A stretch of 54,448 nucleotides of DNA from a virus (lineage: Duplodnaviria > Caudoviricetes): positions 1-54,448 of IMG/VR virus record IMGVR_UViG_3300017978_000048; one strand, given 5' to 3'. The stretch's first letter is position 1. Every line of letters starts with the position of its first letter. The notes under the pieces are model-generated. The model saw only the letters and a list, made by a program, of their open reading frames with translations, was not told where the DNA came from and did no database searches. This document shows positions 9,290 through 18,204 of this stretch, in pieces. Made by a program: the position numbers and the translations under genes.

Positions 9290-10531
9290 TTAGCTTAGTG
9301 AGAATGCGCCAGCCAAACTCTTATGTGGACCAGAAGAACTCTTAGTTGTAAACGCAGCGACGTTTTGAACCTTACCAGTTTGCTTATGAGTACCCTTGAT
9401 AGTAGTTTGGATACCACCACCGTGAACCACGTGAAGGTTGTCGAACTTAGACAAGTGGTTATCAGCGATCGAGTGAGATGGTTCAATATGAGACACAGCG
9501 GAGCCGTCATCCTTAACCTGAGAGTGGGCTACGATGTGAGGGATATGCGTAGGAGCTGATACGTGTTCACGTACAATGTCACGAAGCTCTTCATCAGACT
9601 TCTTAGACAAACCACCAGCGAAGTGTTTAGCAACGGCACGTTTAGCTTCTAGGGAAGAAGCCTCGGCGGAAGCGGCACGGGACTTAGCTTGTTGAATGAA
9701 AGACAAACGGTCTTTATCAGACTTCATACCATCATGAGCTTTTAGGAACACACCCAAGTGTTCGTGCATGATACCGTTTTTCTTACTTAGAGACTTACCT
9801 TGCTTAACAAGGGCTTCATACTTGGCGTGTTCAGTACGAGCCTTTTCAGCGCCCATCTTATCAATCTTGTATTGGATGTTACGTTGATCGGCGGAACCGT
9901 TGTAACCTAGCTTTTCCATATGACCGTGGTGAGCGTCAGTCAAAGCCTTCATGCTACCTTTTTCAAGACCAGCAAGCTTCTCCATGGAGTCAAGTCCTGG
10001 GTTACGGTAGTTTGGTTTGTTGGAACCGTACTTAGCGGAAACGCCCACGTGACCAGCAGTCTTGCCGTTCTTGTCATGCACACGCACGATCAAGTCAGCA
10101 TTGGAGTTTACGTCTTTAACACCAGTGGTCTTTTCGTGGTCGCCTGGCTTATTAGCTTTATCAGCGTTAGATGTCCAGAAAACGCCACCGATGTGTTGAC
10201 CTGGACCAACGTGACCTTGTTCAGTAAAATGCTTCTTGATACCTTCAGCAGTTTGTTTAGCGTGACGATCAATTTCACTATAAGCAGCTGGACCAATCTT
10301 CTTCATTAGACGGTCATGAACTTGTTGAGGTGTACCAGCGTGGTCTTCGTTCTCAGATTCAGAACGGTGGTGATCGGGCAGCTTAGTATCTGGGTGTAGA
10401 TGCTTGGCTAATAGCAACTCGTGCATCTTACCTTTGTCATCATTCTCCACGCCAGCTGTAGCAGCTGCTTCAAGAAGAAGGGATTCCTCCGTCAATACTT
10501 CTTCTTTTAGAAAACTTTTAAAACTTAACAT
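9290..10531 (-). CDS. Putative PD-(D/E)XK-fold nuclease with capsid-targeting-like N-terminus
   Basis: GKMHELLL helix, NSNAD-LIV...GVSAK (AD...SxK variant core); starts MLSFKSFLKEE. Confidence 0.5.
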   Translation of the reverse strand: MLSFKSFLKEEVLTEESLLLEAAATAGVENDDKGKMHELLLAKHLHPDTKLPDHHRSESENEDHAGTPQQVHDRLMKKIGPAAYSEIDRHAKQTAEGIKKHFTEQGHVGPGQHIGGVFWTSNADKANKPGDHEKTTGVKDVNSNADLIVRVHDKNGKTAGHVGVSAKYGSNKPNYRNPGLDSMEKLAGLEKGSMKALTDAHHGHMEKLGYNGSADQRNIQYKIDKMGAEKARTEHAKYEALVKQGKSLSKKNGIMHEHLGVFLKAHDGMKSDKDRLSFIQQAKSRAASAEASSLEAKRAVAKHFAGGLSKKSDEELRDIVREHVSAPTHIPHIVAHSQVKDDGSAVSHIEPSHSIADNHLSKFDNLHVVHGGGIQTTIKGTHKQTGKVQNVAAFTTKSSSGPHKSLAGAFSLS

Positions 10532-10553
10532 TTGTATCCTTTATCCATTGATA

Positions 10554-10561
10554 TATTTATT
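10554..10561 (-). promoter_or_regulatory. Late-promoter variant AATAAATA
   Basis: Located 23 nt upstream of the 10531 start. Confidence 0.5.
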
Positions 10562-11876
10562 TCGCCATGTAACTAGCTAAAGTGGTAAGCAACTTACCTT
10601 TTTCTATGTAATTTCTAATATAGACGCCAGCGGGTTTCATCTCACGTTTAACTCGAACTGAAACAAGCACATTACCCTTTTCGTCGGAGATAGCCAACTC
10701 AGGCGTTGCCTTATTTGAAATATATGTAGCTTTTAATTTAATGCCGCCGATTAGCTTTTCTAAGTTATCGAATTGATAGACTGAGGCTTCTTGACGTGAT
10801 AGTTGAACCAAAGTAACAGCTGGTTCGTCTAGTGTAGCAAAGTAACGAATACCCGCTGATAGTTGACCGTAGATTTTCTTACGACCTGGACCAGACACCA
10901 TCTTATTGAAGTCGTTAGCCACGCCTTTATATACTGAAGCTATTCCCATCAATACGTCGTTCTGCTTAACACCTTCATAGTAATTCTCTTCGTATCTAGA
11001 AACGTCTACGCCTAGTAATTTAGTCCATAGCATATCTTGCTTATCAAAACCAGAACCGCTTATTTGACCGAACTGTTTAACGTCATCGGCTTTCAACGAA
11101 ACGTTAATGTCTGATTGTTTACCATCAATCAAAACTCGAACGTCAACCTTAGTACCTTTTTGATCACCGATACCAGATGCAACAACTTCAATATTATTCA
11201 CACGGTTGTTTTCATACAGCATCTTTGACCACGAAGTAACAATAGCCGAGTTGGCATACTTAACACTAGACTGAATGATACCAGCTAAAGACACCTGTGT
11301 GGTTTTATCTGTAAGAGCCTGTAGGTTTGAAGGAGCCAAGCTCAACTTAAAACATACGTTGTCTTTAATTTTGGGGTTTTTATTCGGTGAAGGATACATC
11401 ATTTCTTGATGCATCTTCGAGTTGTCCAACTTATCAATAATTTTGATAACATCGGATTCAGAAACTGTTGCGTTCTTATTGATGAAGCGAGCGGTAATAG
11501 CTGCGGCAAATACACCCTCAGCCATGTCACCACGATTACCCTTTGTGGCACCCTTTGCCGCTTTACCACCCATACCGCCAAAGTCACCAGACTTCAAAAG
11601 GTCTCCAAGTGAGTGACGGTCTTTATCGTTCATGACCAGAACGTATCGCGAGTTAGTGGCTCTGGTCTTTAACCACTCGATAGCCTGAGCGAATTGACGA
11701 GGGTCTTTGGATGGATTAAACTCAAGCACTTTACCACCTTCGGTAAAAGCCACTTTCGTGAACACCTTTGTATCACCGCTGGTCATATCAAAAGGTGTCT
11801 TGTTTTTTAGTTTGTTTACGAACGTTTCAATACGTCCTGGACGCTTACGCAGCTCCAAAAGGGATAACTCAGCCAT
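10557..11876 (-). CDS. Putative PD-(D/E)XK restriction-endonuclease-like protein
   Basis: NRGDMAEGVFAAA helix and KVDVRV...INVSLK (D...SLK) catalytic-core pattern. Confidence 0.55.
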   Translation of the reverse strand: MAELSLLELRKRPGRIETFVNKLKNKTPFDMTSGDTKVFTKVAFTEGGKVLEFNPSKDPRQFAQAIEWLKTRATNSRYVLVMNDKDRHSLGDLLKSGDFGGMGGKAAKGATKGNRGDMAEGVFAAAITARFINKNATVSESDVIKIIDKLDNSKMHQEMMYPSPNKNPKIKDNVCFKLSLAPSNLQALTDKTTQVSLAGIIQSSVKYANSAIVTSWSKMLYENNRVNNIEVVASGIGDQKGTKVDVRVLIDGKQSDINVSLKADDVKQFGQISGSGFDKQDMLWTKLLGVDVSRYEENYYEGVKQNDVLMGIASVYKGVANDFNKMVSGPGRKKIYGQLSAGIRYFATLDEPAVTLVQLSRQEASVYQFDNLEKLIGGIKLKATYISNKATPELAISDEKGNVLVSVRVKREMKPAGVYIRNYIEKGKLLTTLASYMAK

Positions 11877-11898
11877 TCCATCTCCAAAGATTATCTAC

Positions 11899-11906
11899 TA
11901 TTTATA
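11899..11906 (-). promoter_or_regulatory. T4 late promoter TATAAATA
   Basis: Exact consensus 23 nt upstream of the 11876 start, which has a GGAG RBS. Confidence 0.8.
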
Positions 11907-11920
11907 ATCCATGAATGTGG

Positions 11921-11945
11921 AAAAACCCAGAACAAGTCTGGGTTT
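11921..11945 (-). terminator. Rho-independent terminator closing the DNA-modification operon
   Basis: AAACCCAGA-CTTGT-TCTGGGTTT stem running into a T tract, immediately after the 11949 stop. Confidence 0.75.
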
Positions 11946-11948
11946 CGT

Positions 11949-12554
11949 TTAGCCTAGTTGTTTATCTAGGAAGGCTAGGATCTTAGCCTGTTCATCCAAG
12001 TTCGTATTATTGAACTCGGTAGTATATGACATCAACTCAAAGTTAGACAGTAAGTTGTTGTATTTAGTTTCGCGACCTCGGAGGAACTGTTCAGATTGGT
12101 CAGAGCCTCGGTCAGCGTAACGTTCTTTCAGAGTGTCTTCAGGGGCTTTCAGATACACAACATGAAGTTCAGTATCAGGTAATTCCATGGCGAACTCTAG
12201 GAAGCTCTGGTTGAATACACGGTCACCTTCGAAAAGAACGTTACAGTTGTGTGAAGCGATCCATTCCTGAAGCGCTGGCTGAACCGCCATTGATAGTCGA
12301 TCAGTTCCAGCGAATGTTTCGCCTTCTTCGTACTTACCTAGAATGTACAAATCACGGCTTGATTCATAGTTAGCTGATACCAACTTAGCTGGCTCAACTG
12401 GATGAAAGTTCTTACCTTCCATGTACTTACGAAACAGCGTAGTCTTACCAGTTCCTGGGCGACCGCCCACGGCGATAATCTTACGAACCTTCTTAGGGTT
12501 TGTGATCAATTCAACTTTGATTGTATCAGCGATGCCGATATTAGATTTAAACAT
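11949..12554 (-). CDS. P-loop kinase; candidate 5-hydroxymethyl-pyrimidine DNA kinase
   Basis: GGRPGTGKTT Walker A, GTDRLS, FEGDR and R..RGS lid motifs; lies next to an aGPT-Pplase gene as in thymine-hypermodifying phages. Confidence 0.7.
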   Translation of the reverse strand: MFKSNIGIADTIKVELITNPKKVRKIIAVGGRPGTGKTTLFRKYMEGKNFHPVEPAKLVSANYESSRDLYILGKYEEGETFAGTDRLSMAVQPALQEWIASHNCNVLFEGDRVFNQSFLEFAMELPDTELHVVYLKAPEDTLKERYADRGSDQSEQFLRGRETKYNNLLSNFELMSYTTEFNNTNLDEQAKILAFLDKQLG

Positions 12555-12972
12555 TCTCGATTTCCTTAATCATAGCTTTCAATTCAGCTTCAGTGAAGAC
12601 CCAAACTCGCCCGATGAAGTGGTTCACGTCAGTGTCTTCATCTTTACGTTTAGTGAAGGTAGTCTTCTTTATAATATCGCGAGCCATTTCGCGAGCAATC
12701 TTTTCTTTGATTTCGTTGACGTAGTCTGGGGCGACTTCCTTCAACTTCATAATCTCAGCTTCAGTGACCTTATGGTCAACAGCCACACGGTTGAGTTCAT
12801 ATTTATCTAAAATATTATCAACGATTGAATTTTTAACCACACTTGTAGATGCCGCCGAGATGCCAGACATGGCAGTATTAGTAATTGCCGTGTTAGCGAT
12901 TGATATTGTATGACCACCGAGACCATCTGCGATTAGGTTATATGCCTTTGTCAATTCGTCTAATTCACCCAT
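12547..12972 (-). CDS. Hypothetical protein within the modification operon
   Basis: 141 aa ORF overlapping both neighbours; no motif recognised. Confidence 0.6.
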   Translation of the reverse strand: MGELDELTKAYNLIADGLGGHTISIANTAITNTAMSGISAASTSVVKNSIVDNILDKYELNRVAVDHKVTEAEIMKLKEVAPDYVNEIKEKIAREMARDIIKKTTFTKRKDEDTDVNHFIGRVWVFTEAELKAMIKEIENV

Positions 12973-13988
12973 TAAAACATCTCCAATCCAACCAACACAG
13001 GTTGTTCATCATCAAACATCCACTCAAGTCTTTCCAGCTTACCACTGCGGATGAATTTGGTAAACTGTTCTTTATCAACGCCAGTCTTATGATCTAGTCG
13101 AGTGTCAATAGTTTCTGTACGGGAGTTCCATAGAACTTCCCAATCAATACCATTCCACTCATCACCTTCAGCCTTTAGAACTTCTTCAGCTTGACGGTCT
13201 AGGTAATAGCTCAAATATCGTCCATGTTTCTCTCTGAAGATTTTCTTGAAAGAACACAGGCAGGTTTCCATAGTGAAGTAGTCAATCTGACTAATCAGGT
13301 CAGGAAACCTAGTCTTCATTTCGCATATAATGCTGCGGCTATGTGATTCAAGATTCGCATACTCTCTTCCATCGAGTCTTCGATCAATATCGTTATCTTG
13401 GCCAATGGTAAGAAGTAATCCATTACGATGAGAACGGGAACCATCAAAATCATCCAGCATAAGAGAAGTAGGCTCAATACGAATACCAGCAGTATGCTTG
13501 AGATGCTGTAAATAAAACCAAGTGGAATAACGCCCAAATTTATGAAGGTTTCCTTTAAGTACGTCCCACAACGCATCAAAGTTTTGAGCCTCATTGTCTC
13601 CGTAGTACGATTCGAGTTTTTCACGTTGGCTTCCTTTGCCGATAAATTTCTGATAAGACTCAAACATGGCAGGTAGATGACCCTTGTTCCACTTTGTGTC
13701 AGTTTGATAACGTAGACGTTTGTAGTTGGCAGTATTCCACTGAGTCATACGATCAACTGTGGCTAGTTCATAATCAGGAAACTCATTCATCAAAACCCAA
13801 GCAGTGGGTAATTGATACGTGTTACCGTATAACCAAGCGAGCCATAGCTTCTGTTCAGAGTTATGCTCGAATCGTTTGTTCAGATAGTTTGTAGCCCAAA
13901 CAGCGGGATCACAATCATTATACTGTAACGACCAAGCATACCAACGAATGAAGGCTTCTCGTCTGTTTTCTTTTAGCCTGTAGTCCAT
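12972..13988 (-). CDS. aGPT-Pplase (clade 2-like) / amino-acid:DNA transferase, HhH glycosylase-like fold
   Basis: DCDP, WLAWLYGNTY, QTDTKW, FGRYSTWFYLQHL, GSRSHRNGL and ETCLCSFKK motifs. Confidence 0.8.
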   Translation of the reverse strand: MDYRLKENRREAFIRWYAWSLQYNDCDPAVWATNYLNKRFEHNSEQKLWLAWLYGNTYQLPTAWVLMNEFPDYELATVDRMTQWNTANYKRLRYQTDTKWNKGHLPAMFESYQKFIGKGSQREKLESYYGDNEAQNFDALWDVLKGNLHKFGRYSTWFYLQHLKHTAGIRIEPTSLMLDDFDGSRSHRNGLLLTIGQDNDIDRRLDGREYANLESHSRSIICEMKTRFPDLISQIDYFTMETCLCSFKKIFREKHGRYLSYYLDRQAEEVLKAEGDEWNGIDWEVLWNSRTETIDTRLDHKTGVDKEQFTKFIRSGKLERLEWMFDDEQPVLVGLEMF

Positions 13989-14395
13989 TTATTCAACGCC
14001 AACTTAATAAGGTTAATCACTTCAATATGCATACTATTACCTTCAGCGAAAGCTGGGTCAGGAATCTTTTTAACTCCTGGGATTAGGTTAGACAACTTTT
14101 GAGCCTTGGACACTTCTCCGAACTGTTCAACGAAACGCTTTTCGTTTGCGTCATCCATGTAGAAAATATGATCCGCCCAATCAACTAACTCTTGTGTGAT
14201 AATTGATGAGCGAATACCTTCAGTCTTATATCCAGAATCAACTAGAACATCGCGCATTTTCTTGGCAGTGATTTTACCGTTTGTGGTTTTCAAACCACAC
14301 GACTTAACTTCCCAATCAGGGAAGTCTTGCTTAGCAATAATCTCAGCAGCTGCCGAACGATTCACGTTACCGTGACAAACGAACAAAACTTTCAT
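13973..14395 (-). CDS. Low-molecular-weight PTP/ArsC-family phosphatase
   Basis: FVCHGNVNRS CX5R P-loop and IPDP acid loop. Confidence 0.85.
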   Translation of the reverse strand: MKVLFVCHGNVNRSAAAEIIAKQDFPDWEVKSCGLKTTNGKITAKKMRDVLVDSGYKTEGIRSSIITQELVDWADHIFYMDDANEKRFVEQFGEVSKAQKLSNLIPGVKKIPDPAFAEGNSMHIEVINLIKLALNKWTTG

Positions 14396-15363
14396 TCACT
14401 GAGTTCCAAAATACGTTTATATGTTTCTGTAGAAGGAGTATCCATATCATCAATTTTAACTGATTCTCGAATTAAAGTCAAGCGATCGTTTACAACCTTG
14501 CGAGAGTTTTTATCGAAGTTTGTAAATTGATATACTTGCTCAGTCTCAAACTCATATGGTTGGAAGTCAGGGAATGTGTATTTATTACCATTCAATAATT
14601 CAACGGGAGCTGCGTCATCATCGTGAATAGCCAAGTCCAAGAAATCACGGCACCAGTTAATAGCTGAACGCATTTCGCCAGCCTTTAGTGTTCCTGGGAA
14701 GTGACGGAACTCGATTGTGTTAGTTTCTTCGAACAGTTGACGTAGGTTAATACCTGCACGTGGGCATTGGAACCAAGCAGGGTTTCCTTTGGCGTCTTTA
14801 TGGGCATGCTCATGCCAGAATTGTTCTGGTGTTGTAGCCGCCATCATAGCTTCATAACGAGCCTGAGGAAGTTTGTGTTGGTGAGAAGTCTTACGACGAT
14901 TCATACGCTTCTTAGCCCACTCGTATTGAAGCGGAGGCATAGTCTTTGGATCAGGAACTGGGATAGTCTCCACGATATCAAAGGCTTGTTGTTGGTAAGT
15001 ATGAACGTACTTCAGAACCTGCTTCAACATCTTCAGGTTTGTGTTAAGACCTGGGACTCGGATATGAATGTGAAGGTTGCTACGATAATTAACAATCGGC
15101 GATGGTCCATTATCACGGAGGAACTTATTGATCTTAGCGATGTGTTCAACTTGCTCGTCGATGTTAAATGTAGGGCGAGTGTTGATCTCGCCACCGAAGT
15201 GATACAACTTACCTTGAGGGTCGTTAGCAATACCTGTAGAACTCACACAGGTATTATCCAAAGAGTTCCATGATGCGCCATCTGGTAATTCTAGAATACG
15301 GCGATCACAGTTACCATACTCAAGCTCAACGCCATAACTCCACTTATCAGTTGAAAAACCCAT
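14392..15363 (-). CDS. COOH-NH2 ligase (amidoligase, glutamine synthetase/GCS-like fold)
   Basis: GVELE, GEINT, LHIHI and TIEFR..PGT motifs; start chosen at 15363 (GGGGAG RBS). Confidence 0.75.
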   Translation of the reverse strand: MGFSTDKWSYGVELEYGNCDRRILELPDGASWNSLDNTCVSSTGIANDPQGKLYHFGGEINTRPTFNIDEQVEHIAKINKFLRDNGPSPIVNYRSNLHIHIRVPGLNTNLKMLKQVLKYVHTYQQQAFDIVETIPVPDPKTMPPLQYEWAKKRMNRRKTSHQHKLPQARYEAMMAATTPEQFWHEHAHKDAKGNPAWFQCPRAGINLRQLFEETNTIEFRHFPGTLKAGEMRSAINWCRDFLDLAIHDDDAAPVELLNGNKYTFPDFQPYEFETEQVYQFTNFDKNSRKVVNDRLTLIRESVKIDDMDTPSTETYKRILELSE

Positions 15364-16153
15364 CGAGTGTCTCCCCATTCTTTACATTATCTTTGTGCGC
15401 CTTAGCAAAGGCGATTCTCATTTTAACACCGACTTCGAGGGATTGGTTCTTAGCACCTTCCTCTTCTTTCAAGGTTACATACTTAGGGTGTAGCTCTTGA
15501 AGTCGGAACATTGCTTCACGGTTATTGGCGGCAGTACGAGTAGTAGAGCATCCACCTTCAGCGTTGGCTTTCTTTTCGACGGCAATATGTTCACCAGTAT
15601 AGTGAAGCTGCTTACCAGATTCCAGTACAGCCAAAGGTACGTGGAAGTCTTCGAAGTATCTCATGGCGTCGTATCTGATTCCTTTTTCCGCCAGATAGTC
15701 TCTGTTGACGAAGGAAGAATGACTGGGCTTACCGTAGAAGTATTCAGAGTCATTATTGTGAGACATGAAAGAATTAGACAACCCGCAGAATACGTCACCG
15801 CTTTGGAGCCATTGTTCCATAAGGTCAAGAAACTCTCCGCAGTCGGCTTGCTTGTGGTTTTTAGTTTTAACTGTTTCATCGCGTTTGTAAAATGTCAAGT
15901 CATCATCAAATTGACCCACCAAAGAAGTCGGAGCTTGCTCCAAAATCCATTGACGGGTCTTGCCGATATTTCCGATACATTCTTCGGGAACATCTACACG
16001 ATTTGGCCAATCGTGTTTCTCATCTTTAGGGCAGACCAAGAATACTCGGTCTTTCCATCGCTCTGGAATTGACTCCAGAGTATATTGTTTCCCTTCACGC
16101 TTCAGTGTCGGGATGTAAACTATCAGTTTGTCCATGTTGTAGGTCTTTCGCAT
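15347..16153 (-). CDS. GT-A glycosyltransferase (TET/JBP-associated type)
   Basis: IPT..R, IG.TRQWIL, FDDDL (DxD), EDF and GGCS..R motifs. Confidence 0.8.
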   Translation of the reverse strand: MRKTYNMDKLIVYIPTLKREGKQYTLESIPERWKDRVFLVCPKDEKHDWPNRVDVPEECIGNIGKTRQWILEQAPTSLVGQFDDDLTFYKRDETVKTKNHKQADCGEFLDLMEQWLQSGDVFCGLSNSFMSHNNDSEYFYGKPSHSSFVNRDYLAEKGIRYDAMRYFEDFHVPLAVLESGKQLHYTGEHIAVEKKANAEGGCSTTRTAANNREAMFRLQELHPKYVTLKEEEGAKNQSLEVGVKMRIAFAKAHKDNVKNGETLDGFFN

Positions 16154-16835
16154 CAGGTATATGTACAGCCTTCATTTCCATAGTCAAATCGCTATTGAAG
16201 GTAATATATGTATTCATGGGAATTTCCATGGTTGGGAGAAACAACTCCGCACGTTTAGGAATATCTGCCGTTGAAGTAATTATACTACCATTTGCCATTG
16301 TAGTCAAATATAAAGGTCGTTTGCCATTGCGATACACTCGCAAAGTCTTATTGACGCTTAGTTCGCAAACAGCCAGTGATGCATCTTTCCAATGACTCAA
16401 AGGTGAGTGATCAGCCAATGAATGTAGAAGTAACTCAGTATCATTACGACCTTCACACTTGTAACCGTACAACTTCTCCCAGTCTTCAGGAAGGGCTTGA
16501 GTAATAACACCGTTGTGTACCACTGAAGTTTCTTCGTTGTAGATTGGTTGATTGAACTGTAGATCAGATGTCGAGTAACGGCAGTGACCGATTAGGTACA
16601 AGTTACCATCCTTGTTGAGTAGATCTTTGAAGTTGTCTTTATGTAAATGCAACTCGATAAACTCATCAGCTGGGAGAGCATCCTTGATAGTGATAATCTT
16701 ATCAGACCAGTGCGGGAGAAAAGACATACCAGTAGCGTGCATCCCTCGAATTTTAGATTCAAGGAACACACGGCGTAGGGCTTCAAAGTCCTTAAAACTA
16801 GGTTGCTTAAGGACAGCTCCGATCACGGCACACAT
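16095..16835 (-). CDS. Stand-alone class II (Ntn) glutamine amidotransferase
   Basis: Catalytic Cys2 (MCAVIG), RG..ATG, GHCRYST, HNGVI and DTE motifs. Confidence 0.85.
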   Translation of the reverse strand: MCAVIGAVLKQPSFKDFEALRRVFLESKIRGMHATGMSFLPHWSDKIITIKDALPADEFIELHLHKDNFKDLLNKDGNLYLIGHCRYSTSDLQFNQPIYNEETSVVHNGVITQALPEDWEKLYGYKCEGRNDTELLLHSLADHSPLSHWKDASLAVCELSVNKTLRVYRNGKRPLYLTTMANGSIITSTADIPKRAELFLPTMEIPMNTYITFNSDLTMEMKAVHIPDAKDLQHGQTDSLHPDTEA

Positions 16836-18193
16836 TAGGAGAAGAACTCGTCTAGTGAACCAGCAGCTGCTTCAGGGTGGTTCTTTAACAACTGCTCACG
16901 ACCAACGGCTTGTTCGCAGTAGTCGTACCATTCTTTACTTTCCCACATTCCTGGATATACACCGTTGAAACGAGGGCGATAGTGTTTGTGGTTCACGTCA
17001 TTCTTACATTGATCAACGAATGCCTTGCGAGCGTCTTCGTATTCCTTAGTACCCAAAGTCAACATACCTTCGTGGAAGAATGCGATGATAGAGATACGTT
17101 CAGCTGTAGGATCTTCGAGGATCAACTCAGTATTGCCGTGAAGACCAGCTTGATTATTAACAAACAGTAAATCACCTGGACGAACGTCAACAGCATAACC
17201 AATTTCAGGGAAAACAAGATAAGCACCTTTGTATGAATCAGAGTTACTAAACACACAGATATTGGCGAAGCCGTTATCCATGTTAGCAGGGTCATAGTGA
17301 GCCGCTGTACGGAAGTTACGGTTCACGGTGATAGTTGAGAAAGGAGTATCAGGAACCAAGAAGCGTTGGTCGATTTTATCGGCGGCAGCTTTCTGATTAC
17401 CATAACGCCATGGCAACATTTCCTTGAACGCTTTGGCTAGGTGCTTCAAGTATGGATATGACTTGGCAAACTTCTCTGGGTTCTTTTCAGTGTATGACGT
17501 AGCACGACCGTAAGGGATACGTGGATAGCGATCATACCAACCAGCGATACCTGAGTTAACAGGGTTAGCATAAGTTGTCTTGGAGATCAATTCGTTCTCG
17601 ACCCACTTAGCTTCATCAGAAGCTGCAGCTGGTTCCATACGACGAGCTTTCTCGACCCAGTCATCGAACTGGAAGTTTTGATCAGCTACAGAGTCGCGGA
17701 GCCATACTTGAGAACGGTTAGACATAATGTCTTTGTTATCAGCGAACTTAGCTTTGATGGCTTCGATAGGATCGTCACCAGTCAAGTTGGCTTTACCTTT
17801 TTGGAACGCTTCTAGAACTTCCCATTGATAAGCCGTAACCCAGTCGCGACCTAGAAGTTTCTCACCACGTGGACCAGCGGCGATGCCACGGTTCTGTGTT
17901 TCAACAGCTGCGTCACGTAGACCTTCGTAGGCAGACTTAACCATCTCAGGAGAGAAGTAGTTCTTACGGAACTTGAAGACAATGTTCTGTTCGTTCAACG
18001 CTTTAGTACAGTTACCGCATTCTTTGTCGCAGTCTTCAGCGCCAATCTCAGTGGCACACTTAGGCGGCAAGTACAAGTCCATATCGGATTGTACCAAAGT
18101 ATGGTAGTGACTCTCGTCTAGCCAAGTACCGATCAAATCGGAACGAGGTGTAACATCAGGCGCATCCAAAACAACAACTTTAACTTCACTCAT
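16835..18193 (-). CDS. TET/JBP-family Fe(II)/2-oxoglutarate dioxygenase
   Basis: NRG.AAG, FSTITVN.NFRTAAHYD (HxD), LHGNT (H) and ERISIIAF (R) motifs. Confidence 0.85.
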   Translation of the reverse strand: MSEVKVVVLDAPDVTPRSDLIGTWLDESHYHTLVQSDMDLYLPPKCATEIGAEDCDKECGNCTKALNEQNIVFKFRKNYFSPEMVKSAYEGLRDAAVETQNRGIAAGPRGEKLLGRDWVTAYQWEVLEAFQKGKANLTGDDPIEAIKAKFADNKDIMSNRSQVWLRDSVADQNFQFDDWVEKARRMEPAAASDEAKWVENELISKTTYANPVNSGIAGWYDRYPRIPYGRATSYTEKNPEKFAKSYPYLKHLAKAFKEMLPWRYGNQKAAADKIDQRFLVPDTPFSTITVNRNFRTAAHYDPANMDNGFANICVFSNSDSYKGAYLVFPEIGYAVDVRPGDLLFVNNQAGLHGNTELILEDPTAERISIIAFFHEGMLTLGTKEYEDARKAFVDQCKNDVNHKHYRPRFNGVYPGMWESKEWYDYCEQAVGREQLLKNHPEAAAGSLDEFFS

Positions 18194-18204
18194 TTCTCTT
18201 CTCC

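Noticed and set aside
13973-14395. Arsenate-resistance function for the CX5R protein
   Set aside because: It lacks the additional redox cysteines of thioredoxin-coupled ArsC and there is no ars operon context.
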